DNA of 64,000 nucleotides from Felis catus (Eukaryota): NCBI RefSeq assembly GCF_018350175.1, contig NC_058368.1:57414001-57478000 (forward strand), given 5' to 3'. A program made the position numbers and the translations under genes. The notes under the pieces are model-generated. The model was not told where the DNA came from. It ran no database searches and was given only the letters and a program-made list of their open reading frames with translations. Positions 25,020 through 38,735 of the stretch are shown here, in pieces (position 1 is the first letter of the stretch; every line of letters starts with the position of its first letter).

Positions 25020-25585
25020 GTATCCTTGCATATTGCTAATGACAGCATGATTTTTACAATGGGAAAACAACATGGCAATTTCACAGCTTTGTATAAACTC
25101 AACAGAATTTAAAATATGTTCACAAAAAATCCTGCACATAAATGTTCACAAGAGTAAAATGCATAATAACTAAATGGGTAAACAACTCAAATGCCCATTA
25201 GATAATGAAGAGATAAATAAAAGTACTATACCTACACAGTGGAATATTATTCAGCCATATAAAAGAGGGAAATACTGATACATGCTACACTATGGATGAA
25301 TCTTGAAACCTTATGCCAAAGAAGCCAGAAACAAAGACCACATACTGTATGATTTCATTTTTATAAAGTATCTTATGAAGGCAAATCTAAATCAATACAG
25401 AGAGAAAATAGATTGGTGGTTTCCACAGGCTATGGGAAAGGAGAATGGACCGTGATTGCTAATGGATATAGGGTTTCTTTTAAGGTGATAAAAATATTCT
25501 GGAATTAGATAGTGGTGATGATTGCACAATCTTGTCAATATGCTAAAAAGTATTGAATTGCACATTTTAAGAAGGTGAATTAAGC
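25020..25585 (+). mobile_element. Old L1 (L1MB-like) 3' end
   Basis: 'acagtggaatattattcagccatataaaag...gatgaatcttgaaacc...ctggaattagatagtggtgatgattgcacaa'. Confidence 0.85.
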
Positions 25586-25739
25586 TTGTGTAGGAACATA
25601 TTCTGCAGAGTTAGAATAATTAACAGATATATAAAAATGGTTAGTTCAGGATATTTGTCATGGCAAGCAGTTGATAACAACATTAAAAAACATCAAAAGA
25701 GAATCTCTGAATACATCCTAAATTATAATAACAAAACTG

Positions 25740-25900
25740 TCAGTGTGCTTATGCCATACTAGGTTTTGGTTAAGCGCCCTGCATATATGGTCTTTTTATT
25801 AATTGTATCAACCTATTTTTGGTAGATATTATTAAGTTCCTCATTCTGTAGGAAAAGAAACAAAGGCATGAGAGACAGTGACATGCCTAAAGTGGCACTG
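25740..25900 (-). mobile_element. MIR relic
   Basis: 'ggtagatattattaagttcctcattctgtagg...gagagacagtgacatgcctaaagtggcac'. Confidence 0.6.
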
Positions 25901-26244
25901 TTTGCATTCCATACCTTGATCAACAACAACACTTTGGAAAATGCAATTCTGCTAAGCAGAGTAAGTGGATTCTGCATGTCTTGTTACACAAGGGTGTTTA
26001 GACTAACATCCTGGGAAGCAACAGAGCACTGTAATCATGTGTTCTGGGGCCACAGAGCAATGTATTACATCCCAGATCTGACATATGTTGGCTCAATCAT
26101 TGGGAAATGTATTGAATTCCCTGTTGTCAGTTCCTTCTTAGTCAATGAAATTAGGATGATGTTTTCTAAGTTATTATTATTTGATTATTATGTGAAATGA
26201 CTTTAATGAAATGGTTAGCACAAATTGGAATATAGTAGACCCTA

Positions 26245-26730
26245 TGCAATGGTTAATTTTGTGTGTCAATTTGAGTAGGCCACATTATCCAGACATTTCA
26301 TCAAATATTATTCTAGATATTTCTCTGAAGGTATTTTTAAAGATGACATCAACATTTAAATCAGCAGACTTTGAGTAAAGCAAATTACAATATTATTTTC
26401 CATGATATGAGTGAGCCTCATCTAATTAGGTGAAGACCTTAATGGAAGGAAGATTGATATCCCTGGAAAAAGAGGAAATTCTGACAGTAGACTACCTTTG
26501 AATGAAAACCGAAACTCTTCTGTGGGTCTTTTAGCCTGCTCGCCAACCTTGTAAATTTTGGACTTGCCAGCCTCCAGTTGTGTGAGCCAAATTCTCAAAA
26601 TAAATCCCTCATTCTCTCTTTCTCTCTCTCCTCCCCGCCATACGCCTCTCCTCTTCACACATAAACACATACACAGACATATACAGACACCCTATTGGTT
26701 CTGTTTCTCTGGAGAACCCAGAATAATATA
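26245..26730 (+). mobile_element. MLT2 (ERVL) solo LTR
   Basis: starts tgcaatggttaattttgtgtgtcaa, ends cctattggttctgtttctctggagaacccagaataatata; 5-bp TSD cccta at 26240-26244 and 26731-26735. Confidence 0.92.
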
Positions 26731-28650
26731 CCCTAATAAAGTTTGTTATTATTAAAAAGAAAGATATGTTGCCAAAAATATATTTTACAATCCCATTTTT
26801 GTAGATAATAAAGTTTGTGTTTATACACATACCTGTTTCTTATAGAGAAAAATGTTGAAAATGCATATGGGGTGAATAATGGATAAGTGGTTTCAGACTT
26901 TCTATTTTGTGTACGTCTGTGTGGCTTATTGCGATTCATTAAACATATGGCTCTTGTAGTTTGAAGGAAAATGCATATGAAATATTTAAACTTAAAAAAT
27001 TAAAAAACCAACAAAGCATAAAACAATGATTACAAACAAAGCATCTAGGAAGAATCTGTTATGTCAATTTGTAGGCAAGGTTACCCTCAGTTGGGCCATA
27101 TTGAAAGTGAAATGCTAGCAGGAGGAAGGACGGAGTGGTGTTGTGGTCCAAACCCAGACATACAGGTAGAGAATTAGTAGAAAAATCAATGCAATACTGG
27201 AATTATCACTTTTTTCCCCCCGAGTCCTCTCTTGGTTTCCAGACACCATTTGTTTTTGTGAATGATTTGCAAAAGTTCTTTAGAGATTCTTATTTTACAT
27301 AATAATGTCTAAACCGAAACTGACAGAATGAATGCCTGTTTGAACTGCCTGCATAAGAGAATTCAGTAGACTGAGTAAAATATCGTCAGCTAATATTTTG
27401 ATTATCAGGTGAACTGACATATAACATTTATTTTGTTGACATTTGCCTAAATTCTCTAAAAGGTCTCCCTAATAAACAGGCTAATGTTTCTAAGAAAAAA
27501 ACATGACTTCTTCCTTTTGGTTTTGAAGATCTATAATTTTTTGCTTTAGCCCATATCTGAAAACTAATTCCTAGTGAAAAGTCATATAGAAAATTGATAG
27601 CAAAGCCACAAATAGAATCTAGTAATTCTTATTTTCAGGTTCAGACTTTAATCATTGAACCAGACGAGTTGCCACTTTCTCTGACTGATCACCCTTAGCA
27701 TTTAATCCTTCTTCCAAGATTCCCATTTTTAGAGGTGACATAATTCACAACTTCTGCATGGCTCACATGACAGACAAAGGCATGTGTGGGATTAATTTGC
27801 TGAGGATGACAAAAATTACAAAACTGAAATGGTTTGGGAGAATAAACCCAAAGTATGCTTGATATTTTTGAATGGAAAACTGCCAAGAAAATGACAAAGA
27901 TGCGCAGTGTGTCACTGCAATAATCCGTAGCTTCACTTACTCTATCAAATGTGTACGGTGGTTGGAAAATAGATAGCAAGAAATTATTTACCAGAGATGC
28001 TGATGCATAAAGACATATTCAAACTTGAAGAATACATTTCTATCAGCTTGAGGGCTTATGTCCTCAAACCTGCAAGAGCTAAATATTCTATATCCTGAAA
28101 TTAGTATCCTAAGCTCCATGTAATAACATAAAAAATGCAATAGCCAGAGTAACAATGCACAGCTGCCACCATGGATTCCAGGGTGCTGTGTACATTCTAA
28201 AGGGTGTGGATGCACCTGCTTCCTGAACTGAGGTTAGCAATGGCTGTTGCTTCTTATCCTCAAGCCCAGAACTTGATACCATCATTTGTTTCATAAAACG
28301 TAACACGGGGGAACAGCATAAGATGCTATTAAAAAGTGATGCATTTCAAATTGAATAATGATTTCCTGTTTGTAATAGAGGTAAGATTATTTTATCTTTT
28401 TTTAAAAAAATTATACTGCATTCACCCATCTCATTTAATAGCTCAGCAAATTAAAACACTCTTCTCAATATTCACAGTAAAACATCCATGTCTGATTAAA
28501 GCTCTGATGAATTGAAATTGGAAGAGATTTAGTATCAAGTCTAGATTAAACTTCATCGTACTTATTTTTTAGATATAGTTTCATAGTATTGTGGTTTGTG
28601 TAGGTATGTGTTTGTGTGTTTTCCATTTTACTTTACCATGATTTAAAATA

Positions 28651-28850
28651 TTTTTTTTTTATGTTTCAATATTTCTGAAACACAGGTAGTGGGGAGAGGC
28701 GGAATGGAAGGAAGACACAGAATCCGAAGCAGGCTCCAGGCTCTGGGCTGTCAGCACAGAGTCCCCACACAGGGTTCAAACCCATAATTTGTGAGATCAT
28801 GACCTGAGCCGAAGTCAGATGCTCAACTGACTGAACCACCCAGACACCCC
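28651..28850 (-). mobile_element. Can-SINE
   Basis: poly-T...gacacagaatccgaagcaggctccagg...cccagacacccc. Confidence 0.93.
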
Positions 28851-29499
28851 TCTAGCATGATTTAGACTAGAAGATGAGACTTATGTAAGAAGATAGCAAT
28901 GGCAGGGTCTTACATGCAGAGATCTGTTATACAAATTAGAAATAGCACACCTGAATGCTTATCTTGTGAGGGTCCAGTGTTAATGTCATTTATCTGCTCA
29001 CTGCTGTGTAGTAGTGTAAAAAGACACATATAAATGTCCTTGCAAAGTCTGCTTTTGCAAGAGATGCTGCTTACCTAGTATGTCCAGAGTGGGTACCATA
29101 ATTATACTTATAACGGGATCCATACTGTCCGTAGTTGTTGTTAATAATATCTAAAAGTCTTCTTTCACAAAGACCTTATAAACTTTAAAAATGGGCTGAA
29201 TAAAATCATAAGATAGAGTTTACATATGCAGAGCATGTATACATATATACATACTCAGCCAAGTATATCTTAACTTTAGAAAATGTATCTGAGACTATAT
29301 CAACCATTTTTTTCTTCTGAATCCTGGTTTTGTATCATATGATGTTACCTACTGAAATCTCATATTATTTCAAATCCCACCCATTACTCCATTAAAATTG
29401 TCATGTCTCTGTTTTTATGTTTTTTTTTATTTGCTTTAGTATTTATTCCTTTAATATCATATTCTGGATTCCATTGTTAGTCCTTTACATATGATTTTT

Positions 29500-30060
29500 A
29501 TAACATCATGTTCTCAGAGAACCCACCTTTTAGAGTTTGAAATGAGAGATCTAAAGTTCCATTTTGGACTAAAATTTTTGATATTGATACATATTAAGTT
29601 TGAAAGAAGTAGGCAGTTTTATAAGTGAGTTTCGAGTTCAGGGAAATGGTTAGTTACACCTGCAAAATAAGCATCAATGTCAAGCTCTAGAGTTTCAATA
29701 TTTACAGGTAGGGAAGAAAAGAAGCCAGCAAAGGGGAAGGCATATGGAAGCAGGGGTATAATGGTATCCCAAATGCCAAGTAAGTATTATAGGATGAAAG
29801 GAATGAGGAATAGCCAAGTAGAACTGAAAGCCAGTAAGCTGTAGCTTATAATTAGCCATTGGATTTGGCTCTATGGAGTTGTTATGAACTTGATAAAGCA
29901 GTTTCAGTGGGGGAGTAGAGATGAAAGGCTGATTACTGTAAATTAAGGAATGAAAAAAAGATGAGGAAGTGGAGAAAAGTATAGAACATTCTTTCACTTA
30001 GCTTTGCAATATTCAAGAAAAAAGGAAAAATAATTGAAATACTAAATAGATCAAGACTTT
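29500..30060 (-). mobile_element. L2 relic
   Basis: 'agccattggatttggctctatggagttgttatgaacttgataaagcagtttcagtgggg' typical of reverse L2 ORF2. Confidence 0.7.
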
Positions 30061-30209
30061 TTTCAATTTCTTAAGAATTTTTGGATGCTATAATATAGAA
30101 CTACTAGCAAACACAAACATGAAAATAATAAATATTCTGGTCAGAGAGTTATATAAGATTATTTGTACCACTCATACTAATGCCACATAAGGAAAGATTA
30201 GTTTTTAAA

Positions 30210-30268
30210 ATTATTTTTAATTTTTATTTTATTTCTGAGAGAGAGAGAGAGAGAGAGAGGAAGAGGAG
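30210..30268 (-). mobile_element. Severely 5'-truncated Can-SINE (tail and (GA)n only)
   Basis: 15-bp TSD agattagtttttaaa at 30195-30209 and 30269-30283. Confidence 0.85.
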
Positions 30269-31259
30269 AGATTAGTTTTTAAAGATCTGGATATGGAGTT
30301 TTGCCTTTTGGCCCTCTATAATTTTTAGTTATCTTTAAGTATTTGGCAGGCAATGTAGAAAATGAAGAAAAGCAACTAATCATAAACGTTTGAACAATAC
30401 AACATGTTTAAAATCTAATTTTAATTTTATTATAAGTCATTCAAATAAATACAGGGTTATAACAAATTGCATATTAGCACATGCTGCATAATCCTTTGAA
30501 GTGTTAAGAATTTCCTTCTATTAACCATAAGATTGTGAGTTATGGTAAAGTATTTTTTATATTATTTTTATACTTTTCTATTCCAGAAAAAAATCTATTC
30601 AGAAAAAAAGTAAAGGAGTCTGCCACCTTAGGGTGGTTTATTAGGTATATCAAGAGAAAAATGCAATGAAATTTAAACATGTCAATGAACTTAAATTATT
30701 TTATCACATTTGTGTTGTTATTGCTTTTAAACTGAAAAATATATAAAACTTTATAACTTGGTCTACATAAAGATATCTTTATCTCTATATTATTTTGTAT
30801 AATTTACAAAAATATTTGTAATTTGTATAAATTTACACAAGTCACTAGTGTGGATGCCTCGTTAGTAATATATTTTTTCCTCATGAAATAGTGAAATACA
30901 GACTTTAAATCTTTACCATCTCCCTATTTCCCATCTAGCAGAGCAACAAGGACAAATGTGCTGGTCTCCTTGTGGTAATAATAGTAACATTGATCATTGT
31001 ATCTTTCAGCTGGACCTCAGCTTTCTTTGACAAGTTCATTCCTGAAATCTTTTTCTATAAAGTTAGTAATTACTTTTTATAGACTTCCACATGGTATTTC
31101 AAGGGAAAGCATTCACTCAGTTATATTAGACATAAATCTTTTGCTGTATATTTTTGGAACGATTTCTAGGAAATCCCAAACTCTGTGTACAAAGAAGATT
31201 TTTCAGGACACTCACCCTTTAAAAGACTTTCCTTTGAATGATGCTTGTGATGTTATATT

Positions 31260-31444
31260 GGGGTGGAGTTGCACTGTTCCTGCACTGGTAACATCACTAG
31301 CACCTAGGAACTTGCTAGACATACAAATCCGCAAGTCTAACACCAGACCTAGTGAATCAGAAACACTGTGGGAGGGATTCAGGACTTCGTGGTTTAACAA
31401 GCCCTTCAGGTTATTCTGATGTTTGCTAAACTTTGAGATCCTTT
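31260..31444. mobile_element. MER5A (hAT-Charlie MITE)
   Basis: 'cacctaggaacttgctagacatacaaat...ccagacctagtgaatcagaaacactg...tttaacaagcccttcaggttattctgatg...tttgaga'. Confidence 0.85.
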
Positions 31445-33054
31445 GCACAAAGGGAAACCATAGTATAATTAACTGAATCGTTTTGCTTTTTTAAAAACTG
31501 TTTTCAGAAAGATGAACATCATTATGATTTCCCCTTTCTGTCCATGAAATTTGTATAGTCTGTATCAGCTGAAAAATTATTCGTAAATTATACAAAGATT
31601 AAAGAAATTAAATGCTTTGCTCCATTTGCCTTTAGTAAAATTCAAAATTTTATTTCTTGGATTGTTTCTGTTGGTATTATTCACATGTTAAGTTTAGGCA
31701 CACCTCATATGTTATTTTTTTCCTTCTAATTATCATAATTTAATATTGTAGAAAGACTGTTCTTTCACTTTATTAAAAATTACCAAAAATTATAATCTGT
31801 GACTATCACAGTGAAATTATACCTATATTTTATATACATACAAATATATATAATTATAAATATAAATAAATAAATATATATGCCATTCACTTAGCTGTTT
31901 TCTATGTTATACACTGGACACGAGATAAGGATACAGGCTCAAAACCTAATTAAGGCTTCTCTGGCCTTCCTTCTGATGAGTTTATATGCTAATCTTGGAA
32001 GTATGACAAGTTCTAGAGGAAAAATGCAAGGCCATGTCTGTGATCATTAGGTTAGAATTCTCTTAGCATGTTTAATAATTTTATTCTGTCTGAAGATGCT
32101 GAAGATACTCGGATACAAAGGGGCATGGCTTAGTACCTATCTAATGGAAAGCAACCAAAATAGAAAAGATAACACTTTCTGAAATTACAGAGGCCTTTCT
32201 GTAAAGAAGGATCCTAAAACATAGCTTAACATTGGCATAGTGAGGGCTTCAATAGGACAGTGCTTACTCCTTGCCAGTGTTTAGGATGGGAAAGGAGCCT
32301 TGGGAGTAACAGAACCCACAAACCTGTGTGGGTGAATAAGCCTAACACACCAGTCAGGTGATAGTACTAAAATGAAGCATCACTAAGGAGAAGTTAAGTG
32401 TACTATCAGTAGAATTAATGGAAGGTAATACAGCTAAAAAGACCCATATGAGCAAATGAGAAATATCCCCCTGGGGGCTCACAGGAAAAACTGGAACATA
32501 TTTTAAAATTTATCTGGAGTTCCTTCTATAGCAAATGGATGACTGGTAGAGAAAAGCTTATCACAAATAATGCAGCCTCATTTTTATTCCCTGACTGATC
32601 TGGTGGTCCACACAGATAACATTTACATTAGTGTCCAAATAGCCACTAGGCACTGGCTAGCTGGAGTGGGGTTGTGTCTAAACACAGTATTCTCTTGAAG
32701 AATATTGGATACTTCTTTCTGTTTATAATGACATGATGAGACTGAATTGCAACCTTTGAACAGTTGTTCAGCTATGGCTTGATGGTTTTTCTTTCCCCTA
32801 TTAAATATGTTATCTTCTCTTAGGGATTACTTTTCTATTACCTGACTCTTTTCCTTCTTTCCCCTTTTCTTAATAAAAACATAATAATACTTCCTTTTAG
32901 CTTTTTATCTATTTTCTTTCACATTATCTATTTAGTGCGAAGGTTATGTGGATCTAGGCTGACCAAGTTGGATGTTTAAGGCTGGTATAAGATGAGAGTG
33001 CCTGTTGGCTACAACCAAAGAATGCAAGAGTGGTTAAGATAAATAGAAGCAGAT

Positions 33055-33122
33055 TTCCTTCCTTCCTTCCTTCTTTCCTTCCTTCTTCCCTCCCTCCCGC
33101 CCTCCCTCCTTTTCTTTCTTTC
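33055..33122. repeat. (TTCC)n/(CCCT)n pyrimidine tract
   Basis: direct reading. Confidence 0.9.
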
Positions 33123-33616
33123 AAGGCAAAGAGGACCTGAGGAATATATGAGATTCAAAATATGGAACTGAAGGCCCCAAAAGTTGGAGCAGACAAGATC
33201 AAGCCCCGTGAGACTGGAAATGATGTGCAGGAATGTTGTCTGTGTAGGTAACAGAAAAAAATGGGCATTTGACTCTGATGAATCCATTACATTTTTCTTC
33301 TAAAGAGCAACATTGAGAAAGACCTCAAAGATGAAAAAATATCATTTGGCATTTTAATTAATGGTTTGCTAACTTTTAGAATCAAAGCTCCTTTGTGTAT
33401 AATTATTATATAAGAATATTTATCATATCACTCAGATTGACATATCCTAAATTCACATGTCTAGTGATACATATGTAATCTGCTAAAATCTGTTAAATGA
33501 AGATGTATCAATATCATGTAGATTATATTATAGAAACTAAGCCTGTGTCTGTAAATTAGGTCATATTTTCATACAGTGTCTAATGTTCAACAATAACTAT
33601 GGATATTTTAGGAAAC

Positions 33617-33638
33617 ATTTTTATGCATATTTATTTAT

Positions 33639-33679
<41 letters not shown>

Positions 33680-33836
33680 ACATGTACGTGGTAGAGGGAC
33701 AGAGGGAGAAGGAGAGGGAGAACCCCTGTTGTCAACACAGACCTGGATGTAGGACTCAAACTCACAAACCATGAGATCATAACCTGAGCCGAAACTAAGA
33801 GTCACACGCTTCCCAACTGAGTCACCTGGGAGCCCC
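33617..33836 (-). mobile_element. Can-SINE with long (GA)n
   Basis: tttatttattttgaga(ga)n...gagatcataacctgagccgaaa...gagcccc. Confidence 0.93.
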
Positions 33837-36061
33837 AACTTTCCTTTTTAATATATTCGTCAGAAATATTTGAATGTGTGATATATATCTTCATCTTGTC
33901 TTATAATTGTCACAAGCCATAAAAGCATCAGATAAAAGTATTATATTTAGGGTAACCCTAATGGGCTTAAATTACTGAAGACAGGTGCCTCCTGGAAAAT
34001 GCAGCATTATACATTTGCTTTGCATACCTTTTCTTTGTGGCTAAGAGCATTAATATGAGTGCTAAAATGCTTTTATTTTCTTTCCATGCTTAAAGACGTG
34101 GTGCCAAATGAAATATATTTCATAAAATAAATTATGGAAACATGCCTACCAAGGCTGAATGGTGTCATTGAAAAAATATATATATTTGAACATATTACAT
34201 TTATTGTGTTTATTTTGTATGTGAAAGGTTAATTGTATCAGAGGCTTAGTTGTAATTCCAAATAACAAAGCCATATATCCATAAGTCAGAAAAGGGTGAC
34301 TAAGAATCCCATTAACTAATCCATTACATTAGCTAGTTATCATTAACCCAATAGCTGGCACAATGCTGACAGAGCTTAAAGCCAAGTAGTTGTCACAGTC
34401 ACAGAGATCAACTCAATGAACCAATTTATGTTTAAGTTATAGACAAACTATTGATTTTAAAACCTACCTCATTAGACTCACCTCTGTAGAAGCTATCCAA
34501 TGCTATATTATTAAGTGGATATATATGAAATCTCCAAGAAAAAATATTAGTAACTTTTATAAGATAGATCATAAATTTGCAATTAAGCAGAAACACCTTT
34601 GTGTTTTCCTATAGGATATCAAAATATTTCTAAACACCAAAGGTTTTATAATTTCATTAGCATTCTGAGAAAAATAGCCCTACTAGAAACAAAACTCAAA
34701 ATATCTACACAGAAAATTTCGAAGAAACAACCCTTCTTTATGGGAAAATGGCAACCGCACTGTTTTCCAAATACACCTCTCTGGGGCATATCCCACATCT
34801 CACCATATTCCATCCCTAACTTTATTCCTCATCTTAGTCCAATCTGGTCCAAGTTCTCCCATCAAACTTGCTCTTTTAAAGGTCAGAATCTCTATTTTTC
34901 CAAATCCATTGGATGCTTTAGCCATTTCACTCAGGTTCTAAACAACATCTGATATTAATCACTCTGTCCTCTTCATGCTCCACATATACATATATACTTA
35001 TAGTGTATATATATATATATATATAGTCATTTAGTTACATTCAGAGCATGGAATAATTAATACAGATGTTCAAGACAAGTGGTTATACACTTTTACTAAA
35101 ACACAGGTATTTTTTTTAACTTTTGAAAGATGTTTATATTAAGAGTATTTTAACATGAAGGAAGAAAAGTAGCTTAAGCTTCTTTTAGCCTCAATATTGG
35201 TGTATGGGTATACACGTGGTAAAGTCATACCGTTGCAGTTATCAATTTTCTATTTTTGTATAGTTTGTATATGTCTGAGGATATAAAGTTATTTTGTAAA
35301 AATCCAGAAAATCATTTTATATTAAAGAATATGAAATTTAAAGTGTAAATAGAGTGGATCTCAAAGTCATAGTCTTCAAGATCCATATGAAATATACAAT
35401 TATTTTTGGATTCTGAAATCCAGAAAACAATTCAGATACAGACTTTCATAAATGTGGGAGAGAATAATAGTGCCTATTGCTCTCAGCCAAATACAAATTG
35501 CCTTATTACTTCATTGCTCTTAAAATTCATACTCAGAATTATGTTCTTTTGTGTTTTCTGACATCACTGTTTTGATTATGAAAAAGACTTAAGTCTTTCC
35601 TTGGGTCATGGGGCTTCACTCTTATCAAGATCTGTAGCAATTTCCCCTTAAGATACCTTTCCCAGGGACTTTTTATCCCTTTCCCAAGTAAAAAAGAGCT
35701 AATTAATTGTGGCTTTAATCATCTTTGTCCTACTCAATTCCCTTTTTATCCATTTTCCTACTCCAGAGGACATTCATAATTTACTTATTTTTTGTTTCAT
35801 GAAGGCGGTAACATACATTATCACAAAACTCAACTGAATAATCCAGAATGATTATAGCAGGTTAGTATTTGCTTAGTCCATGAATCAGAAAATAGGACCT
35901 CATCTCAATGTAGCTACTATTTATCTATATAAACTGTTTACAATTTTGGCTTTAATTTCCTAACCCTCAAAACAAAATCAATTGTCCAAGGTAGCTTTCA
36001 ACTCTAATAGCTACTGACCTGAAAATTATATGATACGAAAATGTTATTCCCTTTTAAGATA

Positions 36062-38401
36062 CAAATATAACTCATTTTACTGCACTTGGCTGTATTGCAC
36101 TTCACATGTATTATAAACAGGTTTGTGGCAACCCTGCATTTAGCTAGCCTATGTGTATCCATATTTTCCAATAACATTTGCCATTTTCTCACTATGTGTT
36201 TCTCTGTCATATTTTGGTAATTCAATGTTCTAAACTTTTTCATTATTATTATATTTGTGGTGGTGATCTGTGATCTTTTATGTTACCACTGTAATTATTT
36301 TGAGGTGCCACAAACCGCACCCATTTACAACTCAACTTAATCAATAAATGTGTCTGTTTTGACTGTTTCACTGACCAACCATTTGCCCATGTCCCTCCCT
36401 CTCCTTGGGCTTCTTTATTCCCTAAGACACAACAATATTGAAATTGGGCCAGTTAGTAAATCCACAATGGGTTGGAAGTGCTCAAGTGAAAGGAAGAGTC
36501 CTATGTCTTTCACTTTAAATCAAAAGCTACTAATGATTCAGTTTAGTGATGAAGATAGGCTGAAAATTAGGCCTCTTGCATCAAATAGTTGGCCAAGTTG
36601 TGAATGCAAAGTTCTTGAAGGAAATTGAAAGTGTTAATGTAGTGAACACATATATGACAAGAAAGTGAAACAGGCTTATTGTCGATATGGAGAAAGTTTT
36701 AATGATCTGGATAGAAGATCAAACCAGCCACAACATTCCCTGAAAGCAAAGCCTAATCCAGAGTAAGGACCTAACTCGCTTCAATTCTATGAAGGCAGAG
36801 AGAGGTGATGCAAAGCTGCAGAAGAAAATCTGAAGCCAGCAGAGGTAAGTTCATGAGGTTTAAGGGAAGAAGTCATCTCTGTAATGTAAAAATACAAGGT
36901 AAATCAGCAAGTGCTGAAGTAGATGCAGAAGCAAGTTATCCAGATGATCCAAGATAATTACTGAAGGTGGCTACAATAAACAACAGATGTGCAACGTAAA
37001 CAAAACAAAACAAAATCTTGAAGAAGATCCCATCTAGGACTTTCATAGCTAAAGATGAAAAGTTAATGCTTGGCTTCAGTCAATGCCAGCTTCAGAGGAA
37101 AGGCTCTCTTGTTAGGGGTTAATACAGCTGGTGACTTTAAGTTGTACCCAATGCTCTTTGACCATTGTGACAATCCTAGGGCCCTTAAGAATTATGCTAA
37201 ATCTACTCTGCCTGTGCTCTACACATCGAAAAACAAAGTCTGTATGACAGCACATCTGTTTATAACATGACTTACTGAATCTTTTAAGCGCACTGTTGAG
37301 AACTAATGCTCAGAATAAAAGATTCCTTGTAAAATATTACTGCTCATGAGCAATGTACCTACTCATTCGAGAGTTCTGATGGAGATGTATGATGAATTAA
37401 TGTTGTTTTAATGCCTGCTAACATACAACACACAATCTGTAGCCCATGGTTTAAGTAGTAATTTTGACTTTAAAGTCTTCTTTTTGAAGAAATACATGTT
37501 ATAATACAAATGCTGCCATAGATAGGGATTCCTCTGATGGATCTAGGCAAAGCAAATTGAAAACCTTAACTCATCATTGTAGATATCAGTAAGAAGATTT
37601 GTGATTCATGGGAAGAGGTCAAAATATCAACATTCACAGGAATTTGGAAGAAACTGATTTCAACCCTCATGGATGAGTTTGCAGGGTTCAAGAGTTCGAT
37701 GGAAAAAGTAACTGCACATATGGTGGAAATAACAGAACTAGAAGTGAAACCTGAATATGTGGCTAAATTGTTTCAATCTCATAAAACTTGAATGGATGAG
37801 AAGTTGCTTCTTACAGGTGAGCAAAGAAAGTGGTTTTATGAGATAGAATCTATGTCTGATGAAGATGTTTATGAAGATCGTTGAAACTGAAACAAAATTT
37901 GGAATATTGCATAACTTAGTTGATAAAGCAGTAGCAGGGTCTGAGAGGATTGACTCCAGTTTTAAAAGATATTTAAAAGATATTCTACTCTGGGTAAAAT
38001 GCTAACAAACAGCATCACACGCTGGTAAAGGGAAGTGTCAACTGATGAGGCAACTGTCACTTTTATTTTAAGAAGTTGCCAGAGCCACCCCAACCTTCAA
38101 CAATCACTACCCTATCAGTCAGCAGCCATCAACATTGAAGCAAGACCCTCCACCAGCAAAAAAGATTGATTGAAAGCTCAGACAACGGTTCACATTTTTC
38201 AGGAATAAAAGTATTTTTAAATTAAGGTATATATATATTTTAGATACAATACTATTGTATACTTAATGGACTACAGTGTAGTGTAAACATAACTTTCATA
38301 TGCACTAGGAAACCAAAAATTCATTTGGCTAACTTTTTTGCGATATTTATTTTATTGCAGTGGTGTGAACTCAATCTGGCAATATCTCTGAAATATGCCT
38401 A
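36062..38401 (+). mobile_element. Full-length Tigger1 (TcMar-Tigger, pogo-like) DNA transposon with decayed transposase
   Basis: degenerate termini caaatataactc.../...ctgaaatatgccta flanked by TA at 36060-61 and 38402-03; transposase peptides KCSSERKSPMSFTLNQKL and [17 protein letters not shown]...[17 protein letters not shown]. Confidence 0.95.
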
Positions 38402-38700
38402 TATTCATAACAATTAACAACATTCATTGCATTTAAAACATATGTTCCCTTTGAAAACAATTAGTGCATTTGTCTGTTACTGAAAATCTTTGACGACAGT
38501 AATGAATGAAACAAAAGGATTTGTTTCATATATGAACCTAGAATTCTGAGAAATTCCCATTTGTGCTTTGTAAGTCAGTCTAGGATTTGTGCCATTGCTG
38601 TTTCCTCCAGGAAGTACCAAGATAAATAGTTCGCATAACATAAATGATTTTCTCCTCTCCTAGGCTGCTGTCCAAATGATCTAAAGCCAGGATATGTATG

Positions 38701-38702
<2 letters not shown>

Positions 38703-38734
<32 letters not shown>
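38703..38734. repeat. (TG)n microsatellite
   Basis: direct reading. Confidence 0.95.

Positions 38735-38735
<1 letters not shown>

Noticed and set aside
30997..31419. Longest ORF in the track (140 aa)
   Set aside because: It starts at TTG, its 3' part is MER5A, and the protein is not recognisable.
37070..37270. TIGD1-like transposase peptide as a domesticated gene
   Set aside because: It is a short fragment in a frameshifted Tigger1 copy that still has its termini.
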